Origin: Rebecca billardiae RCC1528 | Taxonomy: Eukaryota > Protista > Haptophyta | Assembly (NCBI GenBank): GCA_965240325.2 | Contig: OZ251236.1 | Location: 1,736,001 to 1,800,000, forward strand | Length of the DNA: 64,000 nt | Direction: 5' to 3' | Shown here: piece after piece, positions 36,284-47,817 of the stretch | Position numbering within the stretch: the stretch's first letter is position 1 | Layout of the letters: each line of letters opens with the position of its first letter | Notes under the pieces: generated by a model | Seen by the model: only the letters and a program-made list of their open reading frames with translations | Databases searched by the model: none | Told to the model about the DNA's origin: nothing | Made by a program: the position numbers and the translations under genes

Positions 36284-36646
36284 ACCGCCTGTGGCGGCCG
36301 CGCCGCCGCCGCCGCCGCCGTTGGGCTCGGGCGCGGGCTCGGCGTCGGCGCGGGGCGGCGCGAGCGGGAGCTCGGCGCCCAGCTCGTCCTCCGGCCGCGA
36401 CCATCCGAACGCCGCCGCGTCCGAGCCGTCCGCGCCCGCGGCGCGCTCGCGCGCCGCGAGCTGCTGCCGCAGCCGCGCGCGCGAGGCCGCGGCGGCGCGC
36501 CGGCGCTGCGTCGCGTGCGGCTGCGCGTGGAAGGCGCGCAGCGACGCGAGCAGCCACAGCGCGCTCGCGCAGAGCAGCACGAGCACGCCCGCGATGCGCC
36601 ACGGGCGCCGGGGCTGGTGGTGGCGCAGCGGCGCGCCCGGGGCCAT
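28370..36646 (-). CDS. Giant Ala/Gly-rich type II membrane protein with LamG/ConA-like modules and degenerate glycosyltransferase (GT2-like and GT4-like) segments; in-frame intron 30367-30627
   Basis: N-terminal TM anchor. LamG-like motifs FAVEAW...WDHIALSFD and THVALSFDG..LTLWLNG. GT4-like motifs LDEVWLGSRW..SLSRAGLP and ADLLVAP...AMAAGLTVAAT...LSWDAIV. Domain calls are by eye. Confidence 0.6.
30506..30622. repeat. (CGCGG)n pentanucleotide microsatellite inside an intron
   Basis: About 20 tandem copies directly visible just inside the GTGCGC donor at 30627 (minus strand). Confidence 0.9.
35572..35666. repeat. (CAGCCG)n coding hexamer repeat encoding a (QP)n linker
   Basis: Tandem GGCTGC on the + strand; translates as QPQPQP in the minus-strand ORF. 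Confidence 0.9.
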
Positions 36647-37116
36647 CGTGTCGTCAAATGCCGGCAAGCTGAAGGCGACTGGCGCCCTGTGCGGCTGTGC
36701 CCGCTCCCCCCCTCGGCCCTCGGCCCTCGGCCCTCCCCGCCCGTTCGTTGACCCGCCAGCCCTTGGGCCAGCCCTGCCCACCCACGAACAACTACTCACT
36801 AGGACGACGACGAGCGCCTGCGCTACATCGGACGAGGGTTCTGCCCAGCGCGCGGCTGACGCTGGGCGGAGTCGCCGTGGCGGCGCCCCGTGTGGCGCTG
36901 GCACTCGGGCTCAGTGACAGGGCGGCCCGCAGCACAGCATGACAGTTGGCACATGACCGCGGCGCCGGCCGCTGCATGCGCAGTCAGCAAAATAAATAAG
37001 GCGCCGCGCGCTCCGCCCTTGGCCGCACCCTCCGCCCGCGCGGGCGTGGCAGCCCGCGCCTCGCGCCGCGCGCGCGCTCCACCCACCAGCGCAGCCGCGC
37101 GCCCTGCGCTCCCCGC

Positions 37117-39251
37117 TCAGCCGGGCGGGCCCCGCAGCGGCGCGACAAGGCGGCGCGCGCACACGCCGAGGGCGTCTGCGAGCTGCGCGCGCGCGCGCTC
37201 CGCGTGCCAGCGCGCGTAGAGCTGGCTCACGCCCGCGCGCACGGGCGCGGCGCGCGCGCGCGTGCGCCCCGCGTGCAGCCAGGGGTGCTCGCGCAGCTCG
37301 GCGGCGGACGGCCGCTCCTCCGCGCGGTGCGCGAGCGCGGCGCGCACGAACGCGCGCGCGTCTGCAGAGTCCGGCTGCGGCGCGCGCGCTCCGGGCGGGT
37401 GTCCGCTGAGCAACAGCTGCACGAGCGCGCCCACCTCCCACACGGCCGCGCGCTCGACCGCGCCCGCCGCCGAGAGCGCGCCGCCGCCGCCGCCGCCGGC
37501 CGCGTGCGCGGGCGAGCGCGCGCGGCGCGCAGGCCTGTGCTCCGGAGGGTCGAGTGCTGCGTCCCACACGCACGCGCCGCCGCGCACCGAGCGCGCCGCG
37601 GGGCGCTGCAGGCCGAGCGCGCTGAGCGCGGGCCAGATGTCCTGCGCGGCCGGCGAAGCGCCCGGCGCGTCGTGGCCCCCGCCGCCGCCGCCGCCCCCGA
37701 GCTCCGCCCCGCCGTGCGGCGCGCGCGCCAGCAGCGAGGCGGCGTGCGCAGAGAAGCAGCCCGCGTGACCGGGCGCGCCGTCGAGCGAGCGCGAGAGCTG
37801 CGCGCGCACGTAGGCGAGGGCGCCCACCGCGTCGAGCAGCGCGGCCGCCACGCGACAGACGTCAGCCTCGCTGTACCCGCCGCCGCCGCCGCCGTCAGCG
37901 CCGCCGCCAGCGCCGCGGGCGTGCGCGCCGTGCGGCCGCGCGGTGTGCGCGGCCGCGTGCGCGAACGCGTCGAGCAGCGGCAGCGGCGCGCGCGAGGGCG
38001 GCTCGAGCAGCAGCGCTAGCCACGCGCCGCGCCCGTCCGCAGCGGAGTGCGCACCGCCGCGCGGTGGCGCGGGCGCGTACGAGTACGAGTGCGCCACGGC
38101 CCAGTCGACGCACGGCAGCTGCGCGCGCGAGCCCGCCGCGCCGGGCGCGCACAGCGCCGCCGCCCAGCGGCGCAGCGCGGCCTGCGCGGGGCCGGGCGGC
38201 GGGAGCGGCACGATGGCGCACCAGAGCGCGCGCGCACCGCCGCCGCCCGCGCCCGCCGCCGCGGCCGCGGCCGAGCGGTGCGCGCGCCACCGCTCGCCCA
38301 GCGCCACCCGCCCGGCGTCCGCCTCCGCCGCGCCCCTCAGCAGCGCGCCGTCGAAGAGGCGCGCCGGCCACGGCTCGAGCGCGGACGCGCCGCCCACGCC
38401 CGAGCCCGCGGACAGCAGGGCGGCGAGCACGTACTTGCCGCCGCGCGCGGACTCGGCCGCCGCCTCGAGCACGCCGCTCTCGGCCAGGGGTGGCGCGCCC
38501 GGCCCGAGCGCGGCCCAGCCGCCCTCCGAGCCTCCGCCCGCGCCGCCGCCCGCCGCGCCGCGCAGCGCGCCCGCCGACGCGGCCGCGTCCGCGGGCGCGC
38601 GCGCGCCCAGCACGCCCAACACGTCACGCAGGGCGGCGCCCGCGCTGCCGGGCGGCGAGCGCGCGGCCGCGGGGAGCGGAGAGCCGCCGCGCGCCGTGCT
38701 GCCGCCGAGCGAGCGCTCCGAGCGCGCGCGCGGGCTCAGCCGCCGGCGCGGCGACGGCGAGAGCGAGCGCGCGCGCGGCGGCGCGCCGCGCGCCGCCGAG
38801 CGGCCGCGCGGCCGCGCGCGCGGCGAGCCCCAGCCAGCGCGCGCGGCCGAGGGCGGCGCGGCGGCGTCGTCGCGCGGCGCCAGCGCGGCGGGGTGCGCGC
38901 CCGTCGCCGAGGCGTGCAGCAGCAGCTGCACCGCCGGCCCGGCGCTCAGCGCCTGCACCGCCGCCCGCTGCGCGCCCATCTCCGCCAGCCGCGCGCCCAG
39001 CGCGCCGTACGCGGCCGCGAGCGCGGGCTGCGAGTCTCCCGCCGCCCAGCCCGCGCCGTCGTCGGGCGCCACGGCCAGGAGCTGAGCCCAGTGCGCGTCC
39101 AGCGTGCAGCGGAGGAGCTCGAGCGCGCGCCGCTCGCGCGCCGTCCGCCGCTCGATGGCGCGCAGCGCCGCGAGCGCCCTCTCCGCCATGTCTGCGCGCG
39201 GGTCGTCGTCAAGCTCGCTGCCGCTGCCGCTGCCGCTGCCGCTGCCGCTGC

Positions 39252-39331
<80 letters not shown>

Positions 39332-41340
39332 GCCGAGCCGGGTGAGGGGCGGCCACCCTCGTCGTCGTCGTCGTCGTCATCAGAGGCCGAGCCGCGCCCG
39401 GCGCGCCCGCGCGCACGCCGCGCCCGCGCGCCGCGCGCCGGGCTCGCGAGCGCGGGCAGCTCGGGCCCTGAGCGTGCGAGCGCGCGCAGCCGTGCACGCA
39501 CGCTGTCGAGGGTGGCGAGGTCGCGCGCGCCCGCCGCGACCTCGGCGGCGGCGAGCTTGTCGCCGAGGCGCTCGAGCGCGCGCGTCTGCCGCAGCGCGAG
39601 CGCGCGCCAGTCCACCGCCGCCTTCTGCTGCCGCCGCGTCGCCGTGCGGATCTTCATCGCGCGCGCGCCGAACGCCAGCGACGCGGCCGCCTCGGCCGCG
39701 TGCTCCCGGCCCGGCCCGAGTGTGACGACCAGCGCGGTGCGCGAGGCGGCGCCGAGGCCGAGGGCGGGCTGGAGCAGCTGCGTGAGCGCCGAGTCGCGGA
39801 AGTTGGCGTGCGCCGCGCCGTCCGCGAGCGCCTGGCACAGGTTGCCCAGCGCGAGCAGCGAGAGGTTCGTCGCCACCGCCTCGCTCGCCCGCTCCCCCTC
39901 CGCTCCGCTCTTGCCCAGCCGCTCCGAGCCCGCCAGGTCAAAGAAGGCGAGGGAGGAGCCCTCGAGGGCGGCGGCGTGCAGCGCGGCGGCGCGGCGGGAG
40001 GCCTCGCCGCCGAGCGCGCGCGCGGTGCGCGCGAGGATGTCCGCGTCCGAGTCCGCCGCCGGCCCCTCCGCCGGCCGCAGCCGCAGCCACACCGCCATGT
40101 GCGAGCGCGAGCTGTCTTCGTTCATGCGCGTGGCCGCGCGCGCGCGCGCGCCGCTCGCCTGCGCGAGCAGCGCGTGCGCGTGCGCGGCTGAGCGCACCTC
40201 GTGCTCGGCGAGGCCGTGGACGAAGAAGCGGCCGTCGCGGTCCTCGCGCACCTCGCACGCGCTCGGCGCGCCCCCGTCCCTCGGCAGCAGGTCGTGCACC
40301 TCCTCGCGGTACAGCTGCAGCGCGCTCAGCCACACCACAAGGCCGCCGCCGCCGCCGCCGCCGCGCGCGGCCGAGCCGCCGCCGCCGCCGCCGCCGGGCG
40401 CGATCGAGACGACGCGGCCGCGCAGAGAGGGCGAGGACGGGCGGCGCGCGAGCGCGGGCGAGGAGGGCTCGCGCGCGAGCGGCGGCGACCACGCCCGCGC
40501 CAGCCCCGCCGACGACGGCCGCCGCGCCGACGGCGAGGACGGGCGGCGCGCGCCGAGCGCGGACGGCGACGAGGGCCGGCGCACGTGCGGCGAAGAGGGC
40601 CGCCGCGCGCCGCCGGCGGCGCCGGCGGCGGCGCCGCCGGGAGCGCCGCCGCCGTGGAGCAGCTCGAAGAGGCGGTCGATGGCGCGCGGCAGCAGCCCGC
40701 GCTCCTCGCTCACGCTCAGCTCGAGCGCCGCGGCGGTGGTCGCGTCCGCGGCCACGTCGGCGGCCGACGCCGCGCCGCCGCCCTCGCCGCCCGCTCGCGC
40801 GCGGCCGAGCACGGGCGGCGTGGTGCCCAGCGTGTACGTCTTGCCCGTGCCCGTCTGCCCGTACGCCAGGATCGTCGCGTTCGTCCGCGACAGCACCGCG
40901 TCCACCGCGGGCACGCCCACCGCCTCGAACAAGTCGAGCTGGTGCGCGCGCGGGCCGTACACGCGGTCGTACCGCCACGTGCGCGTGGAGGCGGAGGGGC
41001 CAACGAGGGGCGGCGGGGGCGAGGGCGCGGCGGGGGCGGGGGGGGGCGGCGTGGACGGGGACGCGCCGCCCTCCGCGCCGCGCGGCTCGGACGACGGCCG
41101 CGCCCAGCGCGCGTGCGGCGCGCGCGCGGCCGCGCGCGGCGCCGCGCGCGCGCGCGTCGGCTCGGTGAGCGACTGCGCCTCGGCGGTGAGCGTGACCTCG
41201 CGCGCGCGCTCGTCGACGTCGACGACCGGGCGTGCGCGCGCCGACTCGCCCTGCGCCTCGAGCGCCGGGCGCAGCCGCACCACCACGCGCACGCGCTCCG
41301 TCGCGCTGCCCTCGGCGGCGAAGAGGCTGGCCGGCGGCAT
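37117..41340 (-). CDS. Kinesin motor protein with coiled coil and a C-terminal degenerate protein-kinase-like lobe
   Basis: RVVVRLRP, YDRVY, AYGQTGTGKTYT, NEDSSRSH, FDLAGSE, NLSLLALG, FRDSALTQLLQ. The C-terminus has VWEVGALVQLLLSGHPP...ARAFVRAAL...EERPSAAELREHPWL. Confidence 0.88.
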
Positions 41341-41565
41341 CGCTGCTGCAGGCGCGTGATGAATGGCCCTTCACGTTTGGCGCCGGTTTGGCCCCAAGGC
41401 CCAAATTGTATTCGGGAGTAGTAACAGTCGCGCGCGCGTGCAACGGGTGGACAAGGGTACCCGCACTTACGCGGCCGCCGGCCAATCGGCGCCCGCGCGT
41501 GGGACTTGGGGGCGCGGGCGCAAGGTTTGCCGCCGCGCAAGTCGACGCGCACGCACGCGCGCACG

Positions 41566-44329
41566 ATGCCGGGCGAGGCGCCGCCGGGCCAGCGCCTGCG
41601 CGAGCGTCGCGCGACGATCCCGCGCATGCCCGAGGCCGCGCTCCCGCTCGTCCCCGCGGCGCGCCCCGCGTACGTGTACCAGCTCTGCCCCGGGCTCCAA
41701 GAAATCGCGGGCGTCGGCTCGGTGCCCGAGCACGAGCTCATCCGCGCGCTCGAGCGCTGCGGCGCGATCGTGCGCGTCGCGGCGGGCGCGGCGGAGGAGG
41801 AGGCGGCAGCGCCGGCGCTGCCCGAGCCCGAGCGCCAGCCCTCCAAGCCGCGCCCCGCCGGCCAGCTCTGGACGCTCGCCAAGCGCGCGGCAAAGGGTGC
41901 GCCCGCGTCCGACCCGTGGGAGGTGCACCGCCTGTGGGAGCGGCCGACCGAGCTGTGCGTGCGGCACGACTACGACCCGCACACGCGCACGTGGCACAGC
42001 ATGGAGACGCTCGTCAAGATGGAGGACCAGCCCTTCGCGCACGGCGCGATGCGCGAGTGCTTCCGCCTCAAGAAGATGTCGCAGTTCTCGCCCGCCTTCT
42101 TCTTCCGCATGGACTGGCGGCACTGCGCCAACTACGTCGCCAAGCGGTACAAGAGCGCGGAGGCGGGGCGGCAGATGTACCTGGACGACGTGATGATGCA
42201 GATGGAGGCGAAGCGCTGGTCCGCGCGGTACAACGCCCTCGGCCCGCCCAAGCCCGTCGACTTCCTCCAGGCGTTCGCACTCGAGTTCCCGCACCGCGGC
42301 GGCGCGGTGTACGCGGCCGAGCGGCTGATCGAGGGCGAGTACACCAAGTACAACGGCAACTCGGGGTACGTGGCGGGCGGCGCGGAGCACTACCGCTCGA
42401 CGCCGCAGGCGTTCTCGCTCTTCACCTTCCATGCCTCCGCCGGCCGGTGCATGGTCGTCGACATCCAGGGCGTGGGCGACGTGTTCACAGACCCGCAGGT
42501 AAACGCTCAAGCGTACTACTCATGACGAGCAATGAGCAGGGTCCGCTGACGGGCTCCCCCGCCCCCCGACTGCGCGCAGGTGCACACGCACGACGGCGCC
42601 GGCTACGGCGACGGCAACCTGGGCGTGCACGGCATGGCGCTCTTCTTTGTGAACCACGTGTACGACGAGCTGTGCGAGGGGCTCGGGCTGCCGTGCTTCG
42701 CGCTCGCGCCCGCCGAGCTCGAGCGCGCCAAGGCCGCGCGCGACGCCGACGCCGCCTCGGGCCGCACCGACTCGGCGGGCGGCGCCGACTCGCTGCCGGC
42801 CGCGGTCGCGTCGCTCTCGCTGCTCGCGACGCGCGCGCGCGCGCGCGCGCCGCTGCCGCCCGCGCCGGGGCTCGCGGTGCCCGTCGAGGTGGTGCGCGCG
42901 GCGTCGGACCTGGGGCACGAGGGCTCGGTCAGCGCGCGCGTCGGCCGGCTGCTCGACGAGCTCGTCGCCGTGCAGGTGCGGCGCGCGCGCACGCGCGCGC
43001 GAGCGCGGCCGGCCGCGCCGCGCCGACGGTGCCGCGCGCCGCGCGCCGCGCGCCGCGGCGCATCAGGCGCAGAACGCGTCGCGGCGCATGAGCATGGCGC
43101 CCCTGCCCGAGCTCGGCAGCGCGGCGCACCCGACGGCGTGGCAGACCGTGCACAGCGCCGACGTGGACGCGCTGCCCTGGCGCGAGATCGGGTCTGCCAT
43201 CGAGGCCTACGAGTGGGGCGTGCTGCACGGCGGCGCGGGCGCTGGAGCGAGGGGCGGCGATGTGGGGGCGGAGGGCGCGGCGGAGGGCGCGGACGGCGCG
43301 CCCGCCGCCGCCGAGCACGCGCCGCCCGGCTCGGCCGCCCCCGCGGCCGCGGCCGCCCCCGCGGCCGCGCAGCCGCGGCTGCTGCTCGGCGGGCGGCAGG
43401 ACTCGGACTCGGTGGCCTCGGCTGCGGCGCGCGGCGGCGTGGAGGAGGAGGACGACGAGGGCGACGCGACCGCGCGCGCGATGCGGCTCCGCGCGACGCT
43501 CGGGCAGGTGCGTGCGCGCGCACCCGCGCGCGCACCCGCGGCGCTGGCGCCCCGCGTGGCCGCGCGCGCTGGCGCGGCCACACGGCTGACGGCAGCGCCG
43601 CCCGCCGCGCCGCCCGCCCCTCTGCGCCGCGCCCACGCGCGCACGCCTTCGCCGCCGCCGCCTTCGCCTTCGCCTTGGGCGCAGGTGCACCTCTCGCTGG
43701 CCAAGCTCAACTACGCGTGCGCGCTGCCCGGGCAGGACGGCGCGCGCTGCCCCGACGTGCCGTGCGCGCTCTTCCACCTCGTGCACTCGGCGGCGCACGG
43801 CTGCGTGGGCGCGACGCGCGGGCTGCGCGCGCTGTGCCAGGGCACGCGCACCGAGCTGCTGCCCGACGTGCACTTCTCGCGAGAGTGCCCCGAGCGCGCG
43901 CACGTGCTCGCGCGCCTCGCCGCGTGGCAGGGCGACCGCGAGTCCACGGTGGAGGTGGTCGCGGAGACGGCGGCGCAGGCGGCGGAGGCGGAGGCGGGCG
44001 GGGACGGCGCGGCCGCGGCGCGCGCGAGAGAGCAGGCGGCGGCGTGGCTGCGCGCCGCGCTCGAGGCAGAGGGCGAGGAGTGGGACGACGAGCGCGACGC
44101 GGCGGCCGAGCTGAGCGGCGCGGCCACGCACCAGCTGCGCGCGCGCCTCGCTGAGCTGCTCGAGGCGGGCGCGCAGTGGGCCGACGCGGCCGAGCAGTAC
44201 GAGGCAGCGAGCGAGGCGGCGATGGCGCGCGCGAAGGGCAAGCTCGCGATGAAGCTGTCCGAGAAGGCCGAGGCGGCGTGGGCCAAGGCTGAGGAGGAGG
44301 AAGACGGCGGCGGCGCGGAAGCCGAGTGA
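41566..44329 (+). CDS. EEF2K: Eukaryotic elongation factor 2 kinase (alpha-kinase). Introns 42499-42579, 42976-43066 (or -43072), 43508-43684
   Basis: PFAHGAMRECFR, YVAKRY, DVMMQMEAK, VVDIQGVGDVFTDPQ|VHT, YGDGNLG, and an eEF2K-type C-terminus AAMARAKGKLAMKLSEKAEAAW. The start codon is uncertain. Confidence 0.9.
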
Positions 44330-44499
44330 CGGGTATGAGTAATGTGGGTAGGTAGATTCATATTCATATGCGTATCTAGCCATCGATAGAATCCCAACCG
44401 CGTTCACATATTTCTTCATCATTCTGATGAAGAAATATGTGAACACGGTTGGGAGTAAAATAATCTCGCCTGCCTGAGCTGTGTGCGTCTCTTATAATA

Positions 44500-45575
44500 G
44501 AGGCCACTTCACCGAAATCCAGGTTGGGGAGGATCTCCGCTGCACTGGTGGGGAGGATGTCATCCTCCCCGCTCGCCACGGCTGGGGAGGATGTCCGCCG
44601 CGCTGTCCGGTCTTTCGCCGCTGACAAAACTTTCGAAAACGAAAGTCGCGCTATGGCGGACCCGGTGTTCCCGCCCGGCGGCGAAAGGGGCGCGGGGCCG
44701 GTGGCTCGCGATCCGAAGGGCAGTAGCTCGCGACCTCGCTTGGGCGGTGGCAGCGGCGCTGTGGCACGGCGTGTACCATCCGCGCGGCTGTGCGCGATCG
44801 CGCGGTCCCGTTCGTCGCCACGCCGCGCGCGACCGTTCACGCCACAGTCTTTCCGCACTGGCATGCACCCGTTGCAAGCGCATGACGGCGGAGAGCTCAG
44901 AGAGCCCGTCACGCGCGTGACGACCGTGTGGGATGGGTTGTGCCGATATGAAGGCTGCCCTTCGTAGGCTTTCTGATGAGCCCATCCAACGTTCAGACCA
45001 TTCCTAACTGCTGAAAGATGAGTCATCGCCTGCCACACGGCCATGGAGTTGTGGACAGTACAGCAGCCGTCCATGATCCGCATGCCCGCCTCATGGGCCG
45101 GCGCGTGCCTCCCTGAACATGAAGACAAGCTGTACAACCCATCCCACACGGTCGTCACGCGCGTGACGGGCTCTCTGAGCTCTCCGCCGTCATGCGCTTG
45201 CAACGGGTGCATGCCAGTGCGGAAAGACTGTGGCGTGAACGGTCGCGCGCGGCGTGGCGACGAACGGGACCGCGCGATCGCGCACAGCCGCGCGGATGGT
45301 ACACGCTGTGCCACAGCGCCGCTGCCACCGCCCAAGCGAGGTCGCGTGCTACTGCCCTTCGGATCGCGAGCCACCGGCCCCGCGCCCCTTTCGCCGCCGG
45401 GCGGGAACACCGGGTCCGCCATAGCGCGACTTTCGTTTTCGAAAGTTTTGTCAGCGGCGAAAGACCGGACAGCGCGGCGGACATCCTCCCCAGCCGTGGC
45501 GAGCGGGGAGGATGACATCCTCCCCACCAGTGCAGCGGAGATCCTCCCCAACCTGGATTTCGGTGAAGTGGCCTC
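44500..45575. mobile_element. Non-autonomous foldback DNA transposon. 442-bp inverted arms (44500-44941 and 45134-45575), 192-bp spacer, candidate TSD TAATA (or TA)
   Basis: The arms are reverse complements with 2 mismatches seen. Termini are GAGGCC...GGCCTC. TAATA lies at 44495-44499 and 45576-45580. GGGGAGGAT is repeated subterminally. Confidence 0.9.
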
Positions 45576-46244
45576 TAATATTCTTACAGTAGTAAACTGC
45601 ACGAATCACACGCGCGGTACTAGCCATAAGGGAGATTCTCAAACGGTATGGTATGGGGGTTTCAAATGAAGTTCTCAACATACTCAATGGTTAGATGGTA
45701 GTATTGGTTCGTGTGTTCAACCGGTAGAATCTCTGTTCTCAACGAATCTTTCATCACATTCGATCGGGTGATCAGACCGAGATGTCCCAGTGATGAAAGC
45801 CGTTGATTATTTCATTCACGATTCTGATTGGTACGTGCGGGTTTCAACTGGGGAAACTGTATGGCGACGTATTACGCACCATATACTGATGGATTATTAA
45901 TGGGCGGGTTGGTCGGTTGGGTTGATGATTGATGATGATGAATTGATGATTGATGAGCAACTCACTTCGCCCGCGGCCGCTCAGTAATCATATGGGAGTG
46001 AGAATCCCCTGGTTTATCGCGACGAACTCCGAAACCCCGAGGGCAAGCCAAATATTGAAAGCATCTCCGGGGCCCGGCAAAGGATCGCACACAATCATTC
46101 CTGGGACTCCGGCGCGACGACGGGGTACTCGCCCCCAAAACAACCCGCCAGTGCTCTCGCTCGGGGCGGCCCAGCAGCCGCACTCGCCCCGCTCCACACA
46201 GCGCTTGGCGTCTGCCCGCGCGTCGCCCAGAGGCCAAGAGCATC

Positions 46245-47309
46245 ATGGTCAAACCTGATCGGATGGAATGGACGCCCGAGCTGCACGCCCAGTTCGTGGC
46301 CGCCGTGAACAGGCTCGGCGGCCTCGGCCGCGCGATGCCGGCGGCGATCCTCGAGGAGATGGCGCTGCCCGGGCTGACGCGGCACCAGGTCAAGAGCCAT
46401 CTCCAGAAGTACAGCGGCGAAGGGAAGTCGTCGAGTAATGCCACTGCGCACCACTCGGCCAACCCCACCACCGCCGCCGGGCCTCATCAGGGCCTCGCGT
46501 ACATGCCCGCTCCCGCCGCCGCACCGTCCGGCCCGAGCTACACCGCTCACGTCGTGGCGCCGATGCAGCAGCAGTACGCGGGCTGCGTGCAGGCTGTCCC
46601 GTGTGTGGGTCCCTCTGCCCCGTGGGCGCAGGCGCAGCCCATCTGCTCCGCCGCACCGCCGCCACAGCCGAGCCCAGGCCAGCTGCAGCCGTACGCGCCG
46701 ATGGAGCAACAGCCGTACCAGCAGCAGCGGCAGCCTGTGGCGCAGATGCAGCAGCAGCCGTCGTACCAGCAGCAGCCGCCGCCGCAGCAGCAGCACCAGC
46801 AGCCGCCGCAGCAGTCGTACCAGCAGCAGTCGTACCAGCAGCAGTCGTACCAGCCGCAGCCGCAGCCGCAGCTGCCGCCGCAGCAGCCGTACCAGCAGCA
46901 GCCGCCGCCGCAGCACGCGCCGCCGCAGCAGTACAGCCAGGGCTCGTACTGCGTGGTGCCGCCAGCACAGCCCCTTCAGCCGCAGGCGCAGCAGCACGCC
47001 AGCAGCAGCTGCGCACTGAGCAGCGGCGGCCGCCTCCGGCGGCTCATCCCAGCGCACGCCTCGTGCACTGGGCACGAGCCCGCCGGCGGCATCACCCTCA
47101 AGAACGGCACTGAGGCCGACGAAGACCTGTGGTGCGAGCTGCGCCGCCTCCAGCACGAGCTCGCGTCCGCACTCGACGAGCACATCACGAAGCGGAAGCG
47201 GGTGCCGTGCGCGGATGGGCACGCGCTCAAGCAGGCGCGCAGCCTGCGCGGCAGCGTCACGGCGTTGGTGCACAAATACGAGCAGCTGCAGGCGCTGCTG
47301 GACAGCTGA
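46245..47309 (+). CDS. MYB-related SHAQKYF/GARP-class transcription factor with Gln/Pro-rich region and C-terminal coiled coil
   Basis: [18 protein letters not shown]...[25 protein letters not shown]. Confidence 0.92.
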   Translation: MVKPDRMEWTPELHAQFVAAVNRLGGLGRAMPAAILEEMALPGLTRHQVKSHLQKYSGEGKSSSNATAHHSANPTTAAGPHQGLAYMPAPAAAPSGPSYTAHVVAPMQQQYAGCVQAVPCVGPSAPWAQAQPICSAAPPPQPSPGQLQPYAPMEQQPYQQQRQPVAQMQQQPSYQQQPPPQQQHQQPPQQSYQQQSYQQQSYQPQPQPQLPPQQPYQQQPPPQHAPPQQYSQGSYCVVPPAQPLQPQAQQHASSSCALSSGGRLRRLIPAHASCTGHEPAGGITLKNGTEADEDLWCELRRLQHELASALDEHITKRKRVPCADGHALKQARSLRGSVTALVHKYEQLQALLDS

Positions 47310-47817
47310 GTCCTACTCAGTCGTACGAGTTGTGCGTCAGGCAGCGGAGACGACCTGCGGCACTCCTGCGGTCGCCCGCGTGGCTGACGACGATCATCAT
47401 CACATGAGTGTGATCTTTTCCGACGCTGGCAACGGACCGCCCCGGAGCTGCGAGTGCCACGGGCCGGCCGACCAGAGCCGTGCGTGCGCCGGCCTCCGGC
47501 TCCGAGGGCGGGGCGCGGGCCACGGCCGGCGGCCTGCTCCCGCTGAGAAGTGAAGTGTTGAACCGCTGGTTCAGTACTTGAAGTGATGACACTCGTGACA
47601 GACCGGCAGGCAGTGTCATCGCACTCATTCGTGATTTCCAGTCTGGGACCGATCGTCCGGAATGACCGTGGAACCTCAAACCAGTATGCTTGTTCCGATA
47701 GACCGATACGCCGTGGTGTATTGTACGACAGAAAGGAAGAATAAACCGGACGGGCGCAGCGGCTCGCGCGGCCGCCGCGGTGGCCGTGACGCCGCACGTG
47801 CGCGCACCCTCGGTGGT

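Noticed and set aside
44965-45030. CTGATGAG...GAAA resembling a hammerhead ribozyme core in the foldback spacer
   Set aside because: Stem II does not close properly and there is no U-H cleavage site after the putative stem III.
44376-45669. Mirror-image ORFs on both strands across the foldback
   Set aside because: They are a direct consequence of the inverted arms; no transposase motif is visible.
45787-45830. Box C (GTGATGA) and box D (CTGA) with a short terminal stem
   Set aside because: Too short for a typical eukaryotic C/D snoRNA, and TGATGA is common in these intergenic regions.
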